DNA of 64,000 bases, from contig CBDHEC010000008.1 in NCBI GenBank assembly GCA_965261975.1, positions 3,095-67,094 on the forward strand, written 5' to 3'. Shown piece after piece: positions 46,538-56,016 of this stretch. This DNA comes from Alphaproteobacteria bacterium. Lineage in GTDB: Bacteria; Pseudomonadota; Alphaproteobacteria; UBA6615. A program made the translations under genes and the position numbers. Every line of letters begins with the position of its first letter. Position 1 is the stretch's first letter. The notes under the pieces were generated by a model. The model saw only the letters and a program-made list of their open reading frames with translations. It was not told the DNA's origin and ran no database searches.

Positions 46538-47605
46538 ATGCCCAACGACGCGAAGACGATGCAGCGCTATACACGCGACCAGATAGAGGCCTTCATGACG
46601 CGATGCTTTGTCGCGACGGGCATGCCCGATGGCGATGCCGCGACGGTGGCCCGTCTGATGGCCGAGGGCGACATGCTCGGCAAGGACTCCCACGGCATCT
46701 TCCGACTGCCCGGCTATATCGGACGACTCAAATCGCAAGGCTTCAACGCGACCCCCGAGATCAAGATCGAGAAAGAACGCACCGCAATGGCGCTGATCGA
46801 TGGTGACAACGCGATGGGTCATCTGGTCGTCAACCGGGCGGCAGAGGTCGCCATCGAAAAAGCGAAACAGACCGGCGTCGCCTGGGTCGGGATGAAACAT
46901 TCGAACCATGCCGGTGCGGCGGGCGTCTATTCGAACATGGCGCTCGAACACAATATGATCGGCCTCTATGTCGCCGTCGGCAGCGCAAACCATCTGCCAC
47001 CGTGGGGCGGCACCGAGGCGCTGCTGTCGACCAATCCGATTGCGGTATCCGTCCCGGCCGACAAGGAAGACTCGATCGTCCTCGACATGGCGACGACCGT
47101 GACCTCCTACGGCAAGGTAAAGGTCTATGCCCAGCGCGGCATCGAGATGCCGGAAGGCTGGATGGTCGGCCCCGATGGTGGACCGCTAACCGACGCCAGC
47201 AAGGCGGGTACCGGTTACCTCCTGCCCATCGGCGGCCCCAAGGGTTACGGGTTGGCACTGATTTTCGGCATCCTGGCCGGCACGCTCAACGGCGCGCATT
47301 TCGGCAAGAATGTCGTCGACATGAACGCCGACCCGTCATCGGCCACCAACACCGGCCAGTTCTACCTGGCGGTCGACATCGCGGCCTTCATGGATGTGGA
47401 TGATTTCAAGAAACAGGTCGATGCCGTCGTCGCGGAAATGCATGGCTCACCGACCCTGCCCGGAGTCGACAGCGTGCGCCTGCCCGGCGAAGGCACCCAC
47501 GCCGCCTATGCGGACCGCTCGGCCAACGGCATTCCGTTGCCCGACCCCCTGCTTGAAGACCTCGCCAGCGTCGCGGACGATCTCGGCGTCGACAGGCTGA
47601 GTTGA
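46538..47605 (+). CDS. Ldh2-family (malate/L-lactate dehydrogenase family 2) oxidoreductase
   Basis: DSHGIFRLPGY and MKHSNHAGAAG motifs typical of Ldh_2 (AllD/ComC-like). GGAG RBS before ATG. Confidence 0.8.
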   Translation: MPNDAKTMQRYTRDQIEAFMTRCFVATGMPDGDAATVARLMAEGDMLGKDSHGIFRLPGYIGRLKSQGFNATPEIKIEKERTAMALIDGDNAMGHLVVNRAAEVAIEKAKQTGVAWVGMKHSNHAGAAGVYSNMALEHNMIGLYVAVGSANHLPPWGGTEALLSTNPIAVSVPADKEDSIVLDMATTVTSYGKVKVYAQRGIEMPEGWMVGPDGGPLTDASKAGTGYLLPIGGPKGYGLALIFGILAGTLNGAHFGKNVVDMNADPSSATNTGQFYLAVDIAAFMDVDDFKKQVDAVVAEMHGSPTLPGVDSVRLPGEGTHAAYADRSANGIPLPDPLLEDLASVADDLGVDRLS

Positions 47606-48549
47606 ACCCGGATCGGCCGGATGACACGGCCGTCCACGAGGATGAGTTCGACATGACCGGCCCGGCGCCGCCGGCGAAATCCCCGGCACCGCTTTTTCAG
47701 GCGGTCGCCTGGATGACGGGCACGCTGCTGTCGTTCACGCTGATGGCCATCGCCGTTCGTGAGCTATCCGGCGAGATCCACAGTTTCGAAATCATGCTGT
47801 TCCGAAGCATCGGCGCGCTGGTGATTTTGATGCCTTTTGCCCTGAAAATGGGTCACGCGATCTGGCGCACGAGCAATCTCAAGCTTCAATTCGGCCGTAA
47901 CTTTGTCCATTTCGCAGCCCAGCTTGGCTGGATAACCGGTATCGGCCTGTTGCCCTTGGCTGAAGTCTTCGCGATCGAGTTCACGGCCCCGATCTGGGCA
48001 ACGATCCTGGCCGTGCTGTTCCTGGGGGAAAAGTTGAACCGTGGCCGGGTCGTCGCGGTGGTCTTCGGATTCATCGGTATTCTGATCATCCTGCGTCCCG
48101 GGGTTGCCGTTATCGACCACGGCACGCTCGCAGTCCTCGGCGCGGCAGTCGGCTTCGCCATGACCCTGTCGATCACGAAGTATATGACCCGCACCGACGC
48201 CCCCATCGCGATCCTGCTCTACATGTCGGTGATCCAGTTGCCGATGGGTATCGCGCTGTCGGCGTTCGTCTGGGTCACACCCGACTGGCTGCAACTGTTC
48301 TGGCTTTTCGTTGTCGGCGCCGTCGGCCTGTCGGCTCACTATTGTACGGCCAAGGCCCTCTCGATCGCAGACCAGACCATCGTGGTGCCGATGGACTTCA
48401 TGCGCCTGCCTCTGATCGTGGCGGTCGGGCTTCTGCTCTACAACGAAACCGCTCAGCTGCCGGTGTTGGTTGGCGCGCTGATAATTTTCGCCGGCAATTA
48501 CTACTCGATCCAGCTCGAGAACAGGCGGCGCAAGGCAAGCGGGAGCTAG
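47602..48549 (+). CDS. DMT-superfamily transporter (EamA-like), second copy
   Basis: 315 aa with 10 TM helices. 4-nt overlap with the Ldh2 gene stop implies an operon. Confidence 0.75.
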   Translation: MNPDRPDDTAVHEDEFDMTGPAPPAKSPAPLFQAVAWMTGTLLSFTLMAIAVRELSGEIHSFEIMLFRSIGALVILMPFALKMGHAIWRTSNLKLQFGRNFVHFAAQLGWITGIGLLPLAEVFAIEFTAPIWATILAVLFLGEKLNRGRVVAVVFGFIGILIILRPGVAVIDHGTLAVLGAAVGFAMTLSITKYMTRTDAPIAILLYMSVIQLPMGIALSAFVWVTPDWLQLFWLFVVGAVGLSAHYCTAKALSIADQTIVVPMDFMRLPLIVAVGLLLYNETAQLPVLVGALIIFAGNYYSIQLENRRRKASGS

Positions 48550-48906
48550 TCAGCGCACGCGGACGACCCGGAATGTTCGCAACACGCCGTCATGTTCCGT
48601 GATCGAGACATATTCGCCTTGAACCAGGATGTGCCGGTCGAGCTTGAACAGCGGTTCGTCCTCATCCGCCGGCTCGTCATCATAGTGGAACGCCCAGCCG
48701 CTGCCGCGATGGACCAGATGTCCATGTTCGTCCGGCTCATTGTGCCAGAAACGGCGCACGGTGCATTTGTCGCGCACGTCGTGCCATTCGCTGCGGTCCA
48801 GATGTCCGTCATCCGTGAGCGGGGCCGCGAATTCGTAGCCACGCTCCACGCTGCCGTCGGGAAAATCATGGTCGCGCCCGAGTTCAAGGCGGATGTGACG
48901 TAAGGT
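48550..48906 (-). CDS. Hypothetical protein (118 aa, acidic, His-rich)
   Basis: Good codon usage. Start MTLRHIRL is internal to the listed ORF. No family recognised. Confidence 0.45.
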   Translation of the reverse strand, partial: TLRHIRLELGRDHDFPDGSVERGYEFAAPLTDDGHLDRSEWHDVRDKCTVRRFWHNEPDEHGHLVHRGSGWAFHYDDEPADEDEPLFKLDRHILVQGEYVSITEHDGVLRTFRVVRVR

Positions 48907-49037
48907 CATCGATCGAAATCCTCCGGGAAATTTCCAAGGGTCGACCGCAAGCCTATGCCGCACGTGACGGCAACGCGTTGACGCACGTCAAGATCGTTGG
49001 GAAAAGTTAGCCGACCCGCCCCGGGCGGCAACAGTCC

Positions 49038-50225
49038 CTAGGCCGCCTCGGCGACGTCTCGCACGGCGTCGATGTCGGGGAAGATGACGTGGTTAGGATT
49101 GGGCAATTCGATCAATCCTTCATCGCGCAAAGCGGTGAAAGTACGGCTGACAGTCTCGATGGTCAGGCCGAGATAATCCGCGATGTCCGTGCGCGACATT
49201 GGTAAATCGATGCTCGCATCCCGGCCCGTCGGGTCCAGATGCTTGTGGCGGTAGAGCAGGAACGACAAAATCTTCTCGCGCGCGGACTTGCGACCGAGCA
49301 GCAGCATCTGCCCCTGCGCAGCGAGCCCATAGAGCACGCGCGAACCCATGATGATCTGTATCAGCGCCCCGTTCACAATTGCCAGCGTTCCTATGAACAC
49401 AATCGGCAGCGGCGATGCGCCGGTGGCGCGGGCATAGATATCGGCCAGGGGTGCGTCGCTCTGCCCAAGCGCTTCACCGGATGCACCCAACAACGCGACC
49501 AGCGACACAACAAAGTAGAGGAACGCGGTAATCAGCAGGGTGAGTATGATCGCCCGCGGCATCGTGCGGCGAACATCGCGCACTTCCTCCGCAACATTCA
49601 CCATGTCCTCAAAACCGATGAAGGCGAAGAATGCCAGAACGGTGCCGGAAGCCAGCAAGGCAAATGCCGGACGCCGCGTGTCGTCGAGGAGCGTGTCGAC
49701 CCAGGCACCGGTTTCCATCAGTCCATCGCGCGCCACCCAAACCACCAGAAGCAGGCCGGCGACCTCGACGGCCGTGATGATCGCGGCGACCATCACCGCC
49801 TCGCGGATTCCCCAGATCGCGATAAAAACCAGACCCGCCAACAAGATCGCCGTGAACACGGGCGCTGGCCAATCGAGCACGAGCCCCAGATAGCCGGTGA
49901 ATCCCTTGGTCAGCACAGCCGACGAGATAACACCCGACGCCGCGACCAGCAGCCCCACCACCACCGACAGGCGGGGCATGCGCAAGCCCTCGCGGACATA
50001 GAGCGCCTCACCCGCCGACCGCGGCATGCGCGTGCTGAGTTCGGCGAAACTCGCGGCGCTCAGCCCGGCGAGGCAGGCCGCAGCCAGAAAACTTAGTGGC
50101 GCGAAGGCGCCCGCGACCTCGATGACCGTGCCGGTCAGCACATAGATACCCGCCCCCACCGTGGTGCCGACGCCGTACATCGTCAGAAGCGGTAGCGTCA
50201 GCACCCGGTTGAGTTGCGGTGTCAT
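49038..50225 (-). CDS. Chimeric ORF: APC-family amino-acid permease N-terminal ~310 aa fused in frame to C-terminal HTH domain (~85 aa) of a Crp/Fnr-family regulator
   Basis: N-terminus has permease TM helices (GVGTTVGAGIYVLTG..., SRVLYGLAAQG). After the junction near 49297-49303 it reads LGRKSAREKILSFLL...MSRTDIADYLGLTIETVSRTFTALRDEGLIE, a typical Crp/Fnr HTH. Confidence 0.65.
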   Translation of the reverse strand: MTPQLNRVLTLPLLTMYGVGTTVGAGIYVLTGTVIEVAGAFAPLSFLAAACLAGLSAASFAELSTRMPRSAGEALYVREGLRMPRLSVVVGLLVAASGVISSAVLTKGFTGYLGLVLDWPAPVFTAILLAGLVFIAIWGIREAVMVAAIITAVEVAGLLLVVWVARDGLMETGAWVDTLLDDTRRPAFALLASGTVLAFFAFIGFEDMVNVAEEVRDVRRTMPRAIILTLLITAFLYFVVSLVALLGASGEALGQSDAPLADIYARATGASPLPIVFIGTLAIVNGALIQIIMGSRVLYGLAAQGQMLLLGRKSAREKILSFLLYRHKHLDPTGRDASIDLPMSRTDIADYLGLTIETVSRTFTALRDEGLIELPNPNHVIFPDIDAVRDVAEAA

Positions 50226-50249
50226 GAGGGTACTTCGGACCTGGTCGAG

Positions 50250-51059
50250 CTAGTGAGACAACAAGGTCGGGACCGTCATGTGTTCGAGGACATTGCGCGT
50301 CACACCGCCAAATGCCAGCTCGCGCACGCGGGAGTGCCCATAGGCCCCCATGACGACAAGGTCGCAACCTTCATCGGTGACCGTATTCAGGACGGCATCT
50401 CCGACCGAGACTTCCTTGGCAGCCACATGCTTGATCTCGGCCTCCACCCCGTGGCGGGCCAGATATGCCCCCAGCCCGACATCCCGATTGTCACCGTCGG
50501 CATTGGCGCGAAAGACGATCACCCGTTCAGCGGCCTGGAGCATTGGAATGGCGTCACGCACGGCGCGCGCGCATTCGCGTTTCGGCGTCCAGGCCAGCAG
50601 AACCGTCTTGCCGATCTGCTCGAAGTTTCCGGCCTCGGGAATCGCCATGATCGGCACGCCGAGTGCCAGGCTGGCCTCGCCGATCAACCAGCTATAGTCG
50701 CCACCGCCATGTTGGGTGAGAACAAACAGGTCGGTTACCGGTGCGATATTCTGAAGACTTTCCACGATATTCTGCGAGCTGCCTTGCCACTCGGCCGACG
50801 CGACACCCGCCGCACGGCAACCATCCTCGAACACGGTGCGGAATTCCTCGGCTTCCTTGTCCGCGTCTTCATAGTAATTGCTCATGACATCGTCCGGCAG
50901 CGGGATCGCGGCATAGACCGGGATGTTCAGCGGCGGAATCAACAGCATGCCGGTCAAATGGGCGTCCTGCGCCGCCGCCAACCGGGCCGCGGCATCCAAC
51001 GTATCGGAATTTCGGGCATCGCCGCGCAACAGACCAACGCAAATGGATCGATAGCTCAT
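50250..51059 (-). CDS. Universal stress protein, tandem UspA domains
   Basis: Two Usp domains (ICVGLLRGDARN..., VLLAWTPKRE...DLVVMGAYGHSRVRELAFGGVTRNVL). Confidence 0.85.
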   Translation of the reverse strand: MSYRSICVGLLRGDARNSDTLDAAARLAAAQDAHLTGMLLIPPLNIPVYAAIPLPDDVMSNYYEDADKEAEEFRTVFEDGCRAAGVASAEWQGSSQNIVESLQNIAPVTDLFVLTQHGGGDYSWLIGEASLALGVPIMAIPEAGNFEQIGKTVLLAWTPKRECARAVRDAIPMLQAAERVIVFRANADGDNRDVGLGAYLARHGVEAEIKHVAAKEVSVGDAVLNTVTDEGCDLVVMGAYGHSRVRELAFGGVTRNVLEHMTVPTLLSH

Positions 51060-51199
51060 TTCGGTCTCCTTCAAATGGTGTTTCCTCACCATCACCCGGA
51101 ACGGCGCGTATTTCATTGATCCTCCTCAAAAGATCCGCCCATGAAAAAGGGCGGCCCCAGGGGCCGCCCTCGATATTCGTCTGACAGATTACGATGCCG

Positions 51200-51778
51200 T
51201 CAGGCGGCATCCACGCCGGCGGTAAACCGCATGCCGCGTTCTTCGAATTGCTCGACCACATTGTCGCCGAAGCCGGACAGTTTCTCCGCGATCGCAGGCG
51301 TGAAGGCGATGTCCGTCATGTCGTGAACGCCGCCGCTTATCACCACCTGCAGGACACCTTCTTCATCACCGATATTGCGGAACGCCCGGCACACGCCCGG
51401 CGGCACGGAGATCGTGTCGAACTCTTCGAGCTCGATGCGCTCGCCGCCGTCGTCGTTCCAGGTCACTTCGAAGCGACCCCGCAGAACCGTGAATGTTTCA
51501 TAGGTTTGCTGATGGTTGTGCAACTCCGGTCCGGTGCCCGGCGGGCACACGGCGTGGGTCATGGTAATGCCCCCGGAGCCCTGGATCGGTGCCCCCTGAT
51601 TGACCGGCGTGTCTTCCGTCCCGCCCAGGCCGATCACCGACAACAGCTCTCGGGCGTAAATGACGTCCTTGGCTTCCTGCGGAATGTCGAGGCTCTCGGC
51701 TGCGCGGAGCGGCTTCAACTCCCGAAAACGGGACACACGGCTCTGCATGTCCTCGGGGGATATCTCGATTGTCTTCAT
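51200..51778 (-). CDS. Cupin-domain protein
   Basis: Cupin motifs HNHQQTYETFTVLRGRFEV and PPGVCRAFRNIGDEEGV. ~190 aa single cupin. Confidence 0.7.
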   Translation of the reverse strand: MKTIEISPEDMQSRVSRFRELKPLRAAESLDIPQEAKDVIYARELLSVIGLGGTEDTPVNQGAPIQGSGGITMTHAVCPPGTGPELHNHQQTYETFTVLRGRFEVTWNDDGGERIELEEFDTISVPPGVCRAFRNIGDEEGVLQVVISGGVHDMTDIAFTPAIAEKLSGFGDNVVEQFEERGMRFTAGVDAA

Positions 51779-51852
51779 CGTGACCTCCATGTCTTTTCGT
51801 TGTTCCGTGAAGTGATTATGGCACGCCTGGGAGCGGGATCGCGACCCGGCAA

Positions 51853-53049
51853 TCAGAAATCCTGTTCGCTCGCGCTGAGCCCCGTGCTGCCGTAAAGCCA
51901 GGCCAGCCGGTCATAGTAATCTTCCACGCCCATCGAGCGCATGATCTCGTTCCGGACCCGGGCGTGCATACCGTCGGGATGAAAGACGAGATCCCCGATC
52001 TCCCGCGAACCGATTTGAACCCGCGCGGTGCGCACCAGTCGCTGGTCCTGATAGGCGATCAGCCCCTCATGGGCATTCGAACGATGGACATCGAGATTGT
52101 GCGCCAGGCACACGGCATCCTCCATCGCCATACACGCTCCCTGCGCGTAGTACTGCATCATCGGATGGGCGGCATCCCCCAACAACGCCACCTGGCCGTC
52201 GACCCAGTTTTCGACCGGTTCCCGATCGCACAACACCCAGAGTCGCCAGTCATTCCCGATCTCGATGATCTGCCGTGCGCTCTCGTTGATATGAGCAAAC
52301 CCACGGCGGACCTCGTCTTTCGACACCGGCTTGCCCGCGACCGGTTCGGGCGCATCATTGTGGTAGGTGACGACGAGGTTGAAATACTTCCAGTCAGACA
52401 AGGGATAGTGGACGATGTGACATTTGGGTCCGGCCCAAAGCGTGGCGGCATTCCAGCGCAATTCCTCGGGCATTTGCGCAAAAGGAATTACCGACCGGTA
52501 GGTCGAGTGCCCCGAAACCCGGGGCTCTCCGTCGCCCACCACGCTGCCGCACAGGTTCGACCAGAGCCCATCCGCGCCGATCAGGACGTCGGCCGCAAAT
52601 TGCTCGCCACCGGCCAGCTGCACTGACACACCTGCGGTTTCGTTGGTGTATCCAACGACCTCGGCGTTAACCCGCAGTTCGATATTCTCTCGCGACCGGC
52701 AGGCATCCAGCAGGACTCCGTGCAGATCCGCCCGGTGGATCACGGCATAGGGGTTCCCGAACCGTTCCCGGAACGGTTCATCGAGCGGTATGTGAATGAT
52801 CTCCTCGCCGCTGACCGCATCCATCAGGCGCAGCATGTCGATGAAAACGGCCTTGTCGCGCGCGGCGGTGCCGACACCGAAATAATCGAGTGCGTGAAAC
52901 GCGTTCGGCCCGAGCTGGATACCGGCCCCGATCTCGCCCAGTTCGGACGCCTTCTCGAGGACGATGACGTCGAAACCCTTGTTGGACAAACCCAATGCCG
53001 CCGACAATCCGCCGATGCCGCCGCCCGCAATTGCGATTGTCTTATTCAC
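51853..53049 (-). CDS. FAD-dependent aromatic-ring monooxygenase (salicylate/3-hydroxybenzoate hydroxylase-like)
   Basis: IAIAGGGIGGLSAA GxGxxG, DVLIGADGLWS, and GDAAHPMMQYYAQGACMAMEDA C-terminal FAD motif. Confidence 0.85.
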   Translation of the reverse strand: MNKTIAIAGGGIGGLSAALGLSNKGFDVIVLEKASELGEIGAGIQLGPNAFHALDYFGVGTAARDKAVFIDMLRLMDAVSGEEIIHIPLDEPFRERFGNPYAVIHRADLHGVLLDACRSRENIELRVNAEVVGYTNETAGVSVQLAGGEQFAADVLIGADGLWSNLCGSVVGDGEPRVSGHSTYRSVIPFAQMPEELRWNAATLWAGPKCHIVHYPLSDWKYFNLVVTYHNDAPEPVAGKPVSKDEVRRGFAHINESARQIIEIGNDWRLWVLCDREPVENWVDGQVALLGDAAHPMMQYYAQGACMAMEDAVCLAHNLDVHRSNAHEGLIAYQDQRLVRTARVQIGSREIGDLVFHPDGMHARVRNEIMRSMGVEDYYDRLAWLYGSTGLSASEQDF

Positions 53050-53123
53050 CGCTGCCCCGTCCCGTTACGCGCCGCCGCCTGAACCATCGCCGGACACCCG
53101 GCAATTGAGTGCAAATGGGGAAT

Positions 53124-53197
53124 TGGAGCGGGTGAAGGGAATCGAACCCTCGTATGCAGCTTGGGAAGCTGCCGTTCTACCATTGAACTACACCCGC
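53124..53197 (-). tRNA. tRNA-Gly (anticodon CCC)
   Basis: Reverse complement GCGGGTGTAGTTCAATGGTAGAACGGCAGCTTCCCAAGCTGCATACGAGGGTTCGATTCCCTTCACCCGCTCCA folds as a cloverleaf: 7-bp acceptor, GTTC/GAAC D-stem, GCAGC/GCTGC anticodon stem with loop TTCCCAA, T-arm GAGGG/CCCTT, and encoded CCA. Confidence 0.9.
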
Positions 53198-53344
53198 ATT
53201 GGGGGGCCGACTCTATAGTAAACGCCCCCTGTCCGCGCAACCGGCGCCGGTATGCGCAAGGCAACAATGTTACAGTCTGACAGGGTGGACTTTTGCGCCG
53301 TCATGTAGCCAAATCGCCCCGAAATTTGCGTTGAGGCGCATAAA

Positions 53345-53795
53345 TATGCGGCACAACACCGGATTCAGGCGCAAACAGATGTACGAACAAATATACGACC
53401 AGATGTACAATCAGACGACCAAGGACATCTCGGTCACCGTCACTCCCATCTTTCTCGAGGACCAGTCGGAGCCCGACGAGGACCATTTCGTATGGGCCTA
53501 CCAGGTGCGCATCGAGAATTGCGGGCCCGACACCGTGCAACTGCGTTCACGCTACTGGCACATCACCGATGCCAACGGGCTGGTCCAGGAGGTGCGCGGG
53601 TCGGGAGTTGTCGGCGAACAACCGGTTCTCGAGCCGGGAGAGACATTCGAATACACGAGCGGCACGCCGCTCGCCACGCCGTCGGGAATCATGGTCGGCT
53701 CCTACCAGATGCAGACCGATGATGGCGACCTGCTCGAGATCAATATTCCGGCGTTCTCACTCGACAGCCCGCACCAGGTCGTGCGCCCGAACTGA
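53345..53795 (+). CDS. apaG: ApaG domain protein (DUF525)
   Basis: [31 protein letters not shown]...[38 protein letters not shown] matches ApaG. Start may be the second ATG at 53378. Confidence 0.85.
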
Positions 53796-53839
53796 CGTCC
53801 CGCTCGCCGCACACGCAACCCGAACCGACGGATAGCAAC

Positions 53840-54457
53840 ATGCCAGATGACAAGCCGCAGAACCCGATGTTGGCGCCCAACCGCACGGAGGCGGAAGAGG
53901 CCGTCCGGACTCTTCTTCGGTGGGCGGGTGACGATCCGACCCGCGAGGGACTGGTCGACACCCCGGCGCGGGTGGCCCGCGCCTTCGAGGAGTTCTTCGC
54001 CGGCTATCATGTGGACCCGCTGGAGTATCTTGAGCGCACCTTCGAGGAGGTAGACGGGTATGACGAGATGGTCGTACTCCGCGATATCCGCCTCGAATCC
54101 CATTGCGAGCACCATCTGGTACCGATCATCGGCAAGGTTCATATCGGCTATTTGCCCGATCGCCGTGTCGTCGGCATCAGCAAGCTGGCGCGAGTCGCCG
54201 AGGCATATGCCAAGCGTCTGCAAATTCAGGAGAAACTGACCGCACAGATCGCCAACTGCATCAATGACGTGCTGCGCCCGAAAGGTGTCGCGGTCGTGAT
54301 CGAGGCACAGCATCAGTGCATGACAACCCGCGGGGTCCACAAGACCGATGTGGCGATGGTCACCAGCCGCATGCTGGGCGCGTTCCGGGAATCTTCCGAC
54401 ACACGGCGCGAGTTCCTGTCCTTCATCGGCAATGTCTCGCCGGGCAGCTCCGCCTGA
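53840..54457 (+). CDS. folE: GTP cyclohydrolase I
   Basis: [11 protein letters not shown] and RLQIQE...HQCMTTRG motifs of FolE. 205 aa. Confidence 0.9.
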   Translation: MPDDKPQNPMLAPNRTEAEEAVRTLLRWAGDDPTREGLVDTPARVARAFEEFFAGYHVDPLEYLERTFEEVDGYDEMVVLRDIRLESHCEHHLVPIIGKVHIGYLPDRRVVGISKLARVAEAYAKRLQIQEKLTAQIANCINDVLRPKGVAVVIEAQHQCMTTRGVHKTDVAMVTSRMLGAFRESSDTRREFLSFIGNVSPGSSA

Positions 54458-54565
54458 TCTGGTTCCGGCGCTGGACAGGCTGCGGGTTTTCACCAATCAT
54501 CCGCCGCATACCGGCCCGACCGCAGATTCGAACCACGGGCACCAACCGGGCGACGAGAGATCCAA

Positions 54566-56014
54566 TTGCTAGATTTCCGACCCATTCTCTTCATTCTGGG
54601 CATTCTGCTCACCACATTGTCCATCGCCATGTTCCTGCCGGCGCTGGTCGATGCAGCCAGCGGTAACGACGACTGGCAGGTCTTTCTCGCGTCTGCGGGA
54701 CTAACGCTGTTTATCGGCGTCTCGCTGATCCTGACCATGCGCGGCGGCGATATGAAGGTCGGCATCCGGGAAGCCTTTGTCCTGACCACGGCAAGCTGGC
54801 TCGGCCTGACCGTGTTCGCAGCACTACCGTTCGTGTTCGCCGGGCTGAATCTGAGTTTCGCCGACGCCTTCTTCGAAGCCATGTCCGGGATCACGACAAC
54901 AGGCTCCACGGTGATCATCGGGCTCGACGCCGCGCCGCCGGGAATTCTGCTCTGGCGCGCCCTGCTCCAGTGGCTCGGCGGGATCGGTATCATCGTCATG
55001 GCGATTGCCGTGCTCCCGATGCTGCAGGTCGGCGGCATGCAGATTTTCCGCCTCGAAAGCTCGGATACTTCCGAGAAGGTCCTGCCGCGGGCGGCCCAGA
55101 CCTCAACGGCCATCGGGTCGATCTATCTGGCCCTGACACTGGTATGCGCGCTCAGCTACTGGCTGGCCGGTATGCCCGGCTTCGATGCCATCGCCCACGC
55201 GATGACGACCATCGCAACGGGCGGCTTCTCGACCTCCGACAACAGCATCGGCGTGTTCGACCGAACCGGCATCGACATCATCGCGATCGTCTTCATGATC
55301 GTCGGCTCCCTGCCTTTCGTTCTCTATCTTCAGGCGGCACGCGGCCGCCCCATGGGCCTGCTCCAAGATTCCCAGGTTCGCTGGTTCCTGGCCATCGTCG
55401 TCGCGATCATGGCCATCCTGAGCGCGAGCCTCTACTTCGCGCAGGATATGCCGCTCGGCGCGTCGATCCGTGCCGCGACCTTCAACGGCGTGTCGATCGT
55501 CACCGGGACCGGGTATGTCTCGGCAGCATTCGACAACTGGGGCAGCTTCGCACTGATCGTTTTCTTCGTGATCATGTTCATCGGCGGCTGCGCCGGTTCG
55601 ACCACCTGCGGCATCAAGATTTTCCGCTTCCAGGTGCTCTATGCAATCGCAACGATGCAGGTCAAACGCCTGTTGCAACCCCATGGCGTGTTCATTCCCC
55701 ACTACAACCGAAACCCGATCACGGAAGAGATCGCCCTGTCGGTGCTCGGGTTCGTGTTCTTCTACATCCTCGTTTTCATCCTGCTGGCCCTGGGCTTGAG
55801 CGTGCTCGGCCTGGATTTCCTGACGAGCCTGTCGGGTGCCGCGACGGCAATCTCCAATGTGGGCCCGGGCCTCGGCCCGACGATCGGACCCATGGGCACG
55901 TTCGCGGACCTGCCCGATGCGGCGAAATGGATGCTCTCGATCGGCATGCTGCTCGGCCGGCTTGAACTGTTTACGGTTCTGGTGATCCTGACGCCCGCTT
56001 TCTGGAGAAGCTGA
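54566..56014 (+). CDS. trkH: TrkH-family potassium uptake protein
   Basis: 482 aa multi-TM with repeated selectivity-filter-like GxTxTGS/GTGY motifs (TTTGSTV, TGTGYVS). TTG start. Confidence 0.85.
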   Translation: MLDFRPILFILGILLTTLSIAMFLPALVDAASGNDDWQVFLASAGLTLFIGVSLILTMRGGDMKVGIREAFVLTTASWLGLTVFAALPFVFAGLNLSFADAFFEAMSGITTTGSTVIIGLDAAPPGILLWRALLQWLGGIGIIVMAIAVLPMLQVGGMQIFRLESSDTSEKVLPRAAQTSTAIGSIYLALTLVCALSYWLAGMPGFDAIAHAMTTIATGGFSTSDNSIGVFDRTGIDIIAIVFMIVGSLPFVLYLQAARGRPMGLLQDSQVRWFLAIVVAIMAILSASLYFAQDMPLGASIRAATFNGVSIVTGTGYVSAAFDNWGSFALIVFFVIMFIGGCAGSTTCGIKIFRFQVLYAIATMQVKRLLQPHGVFIPHYNRNPITEEIALSVLGFVFFYILVFILLALGLSVLGLDFLTSLSGAATAISNVGPGLGPTIGPMGTFADLPDAAKWMLSIGMLLGRLELFTVLVILTPAFWRS

Positions 56015-56016
56015 TC

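Noticed and set aside
53050-53345. Integrase or att site next to tRNA-Gly
   Set aside because: No integrase-like ORF on either side, and no obvious copy of the tRNA 3' end in the window by eye. It is kept only as a low-confidence island hypothesis.
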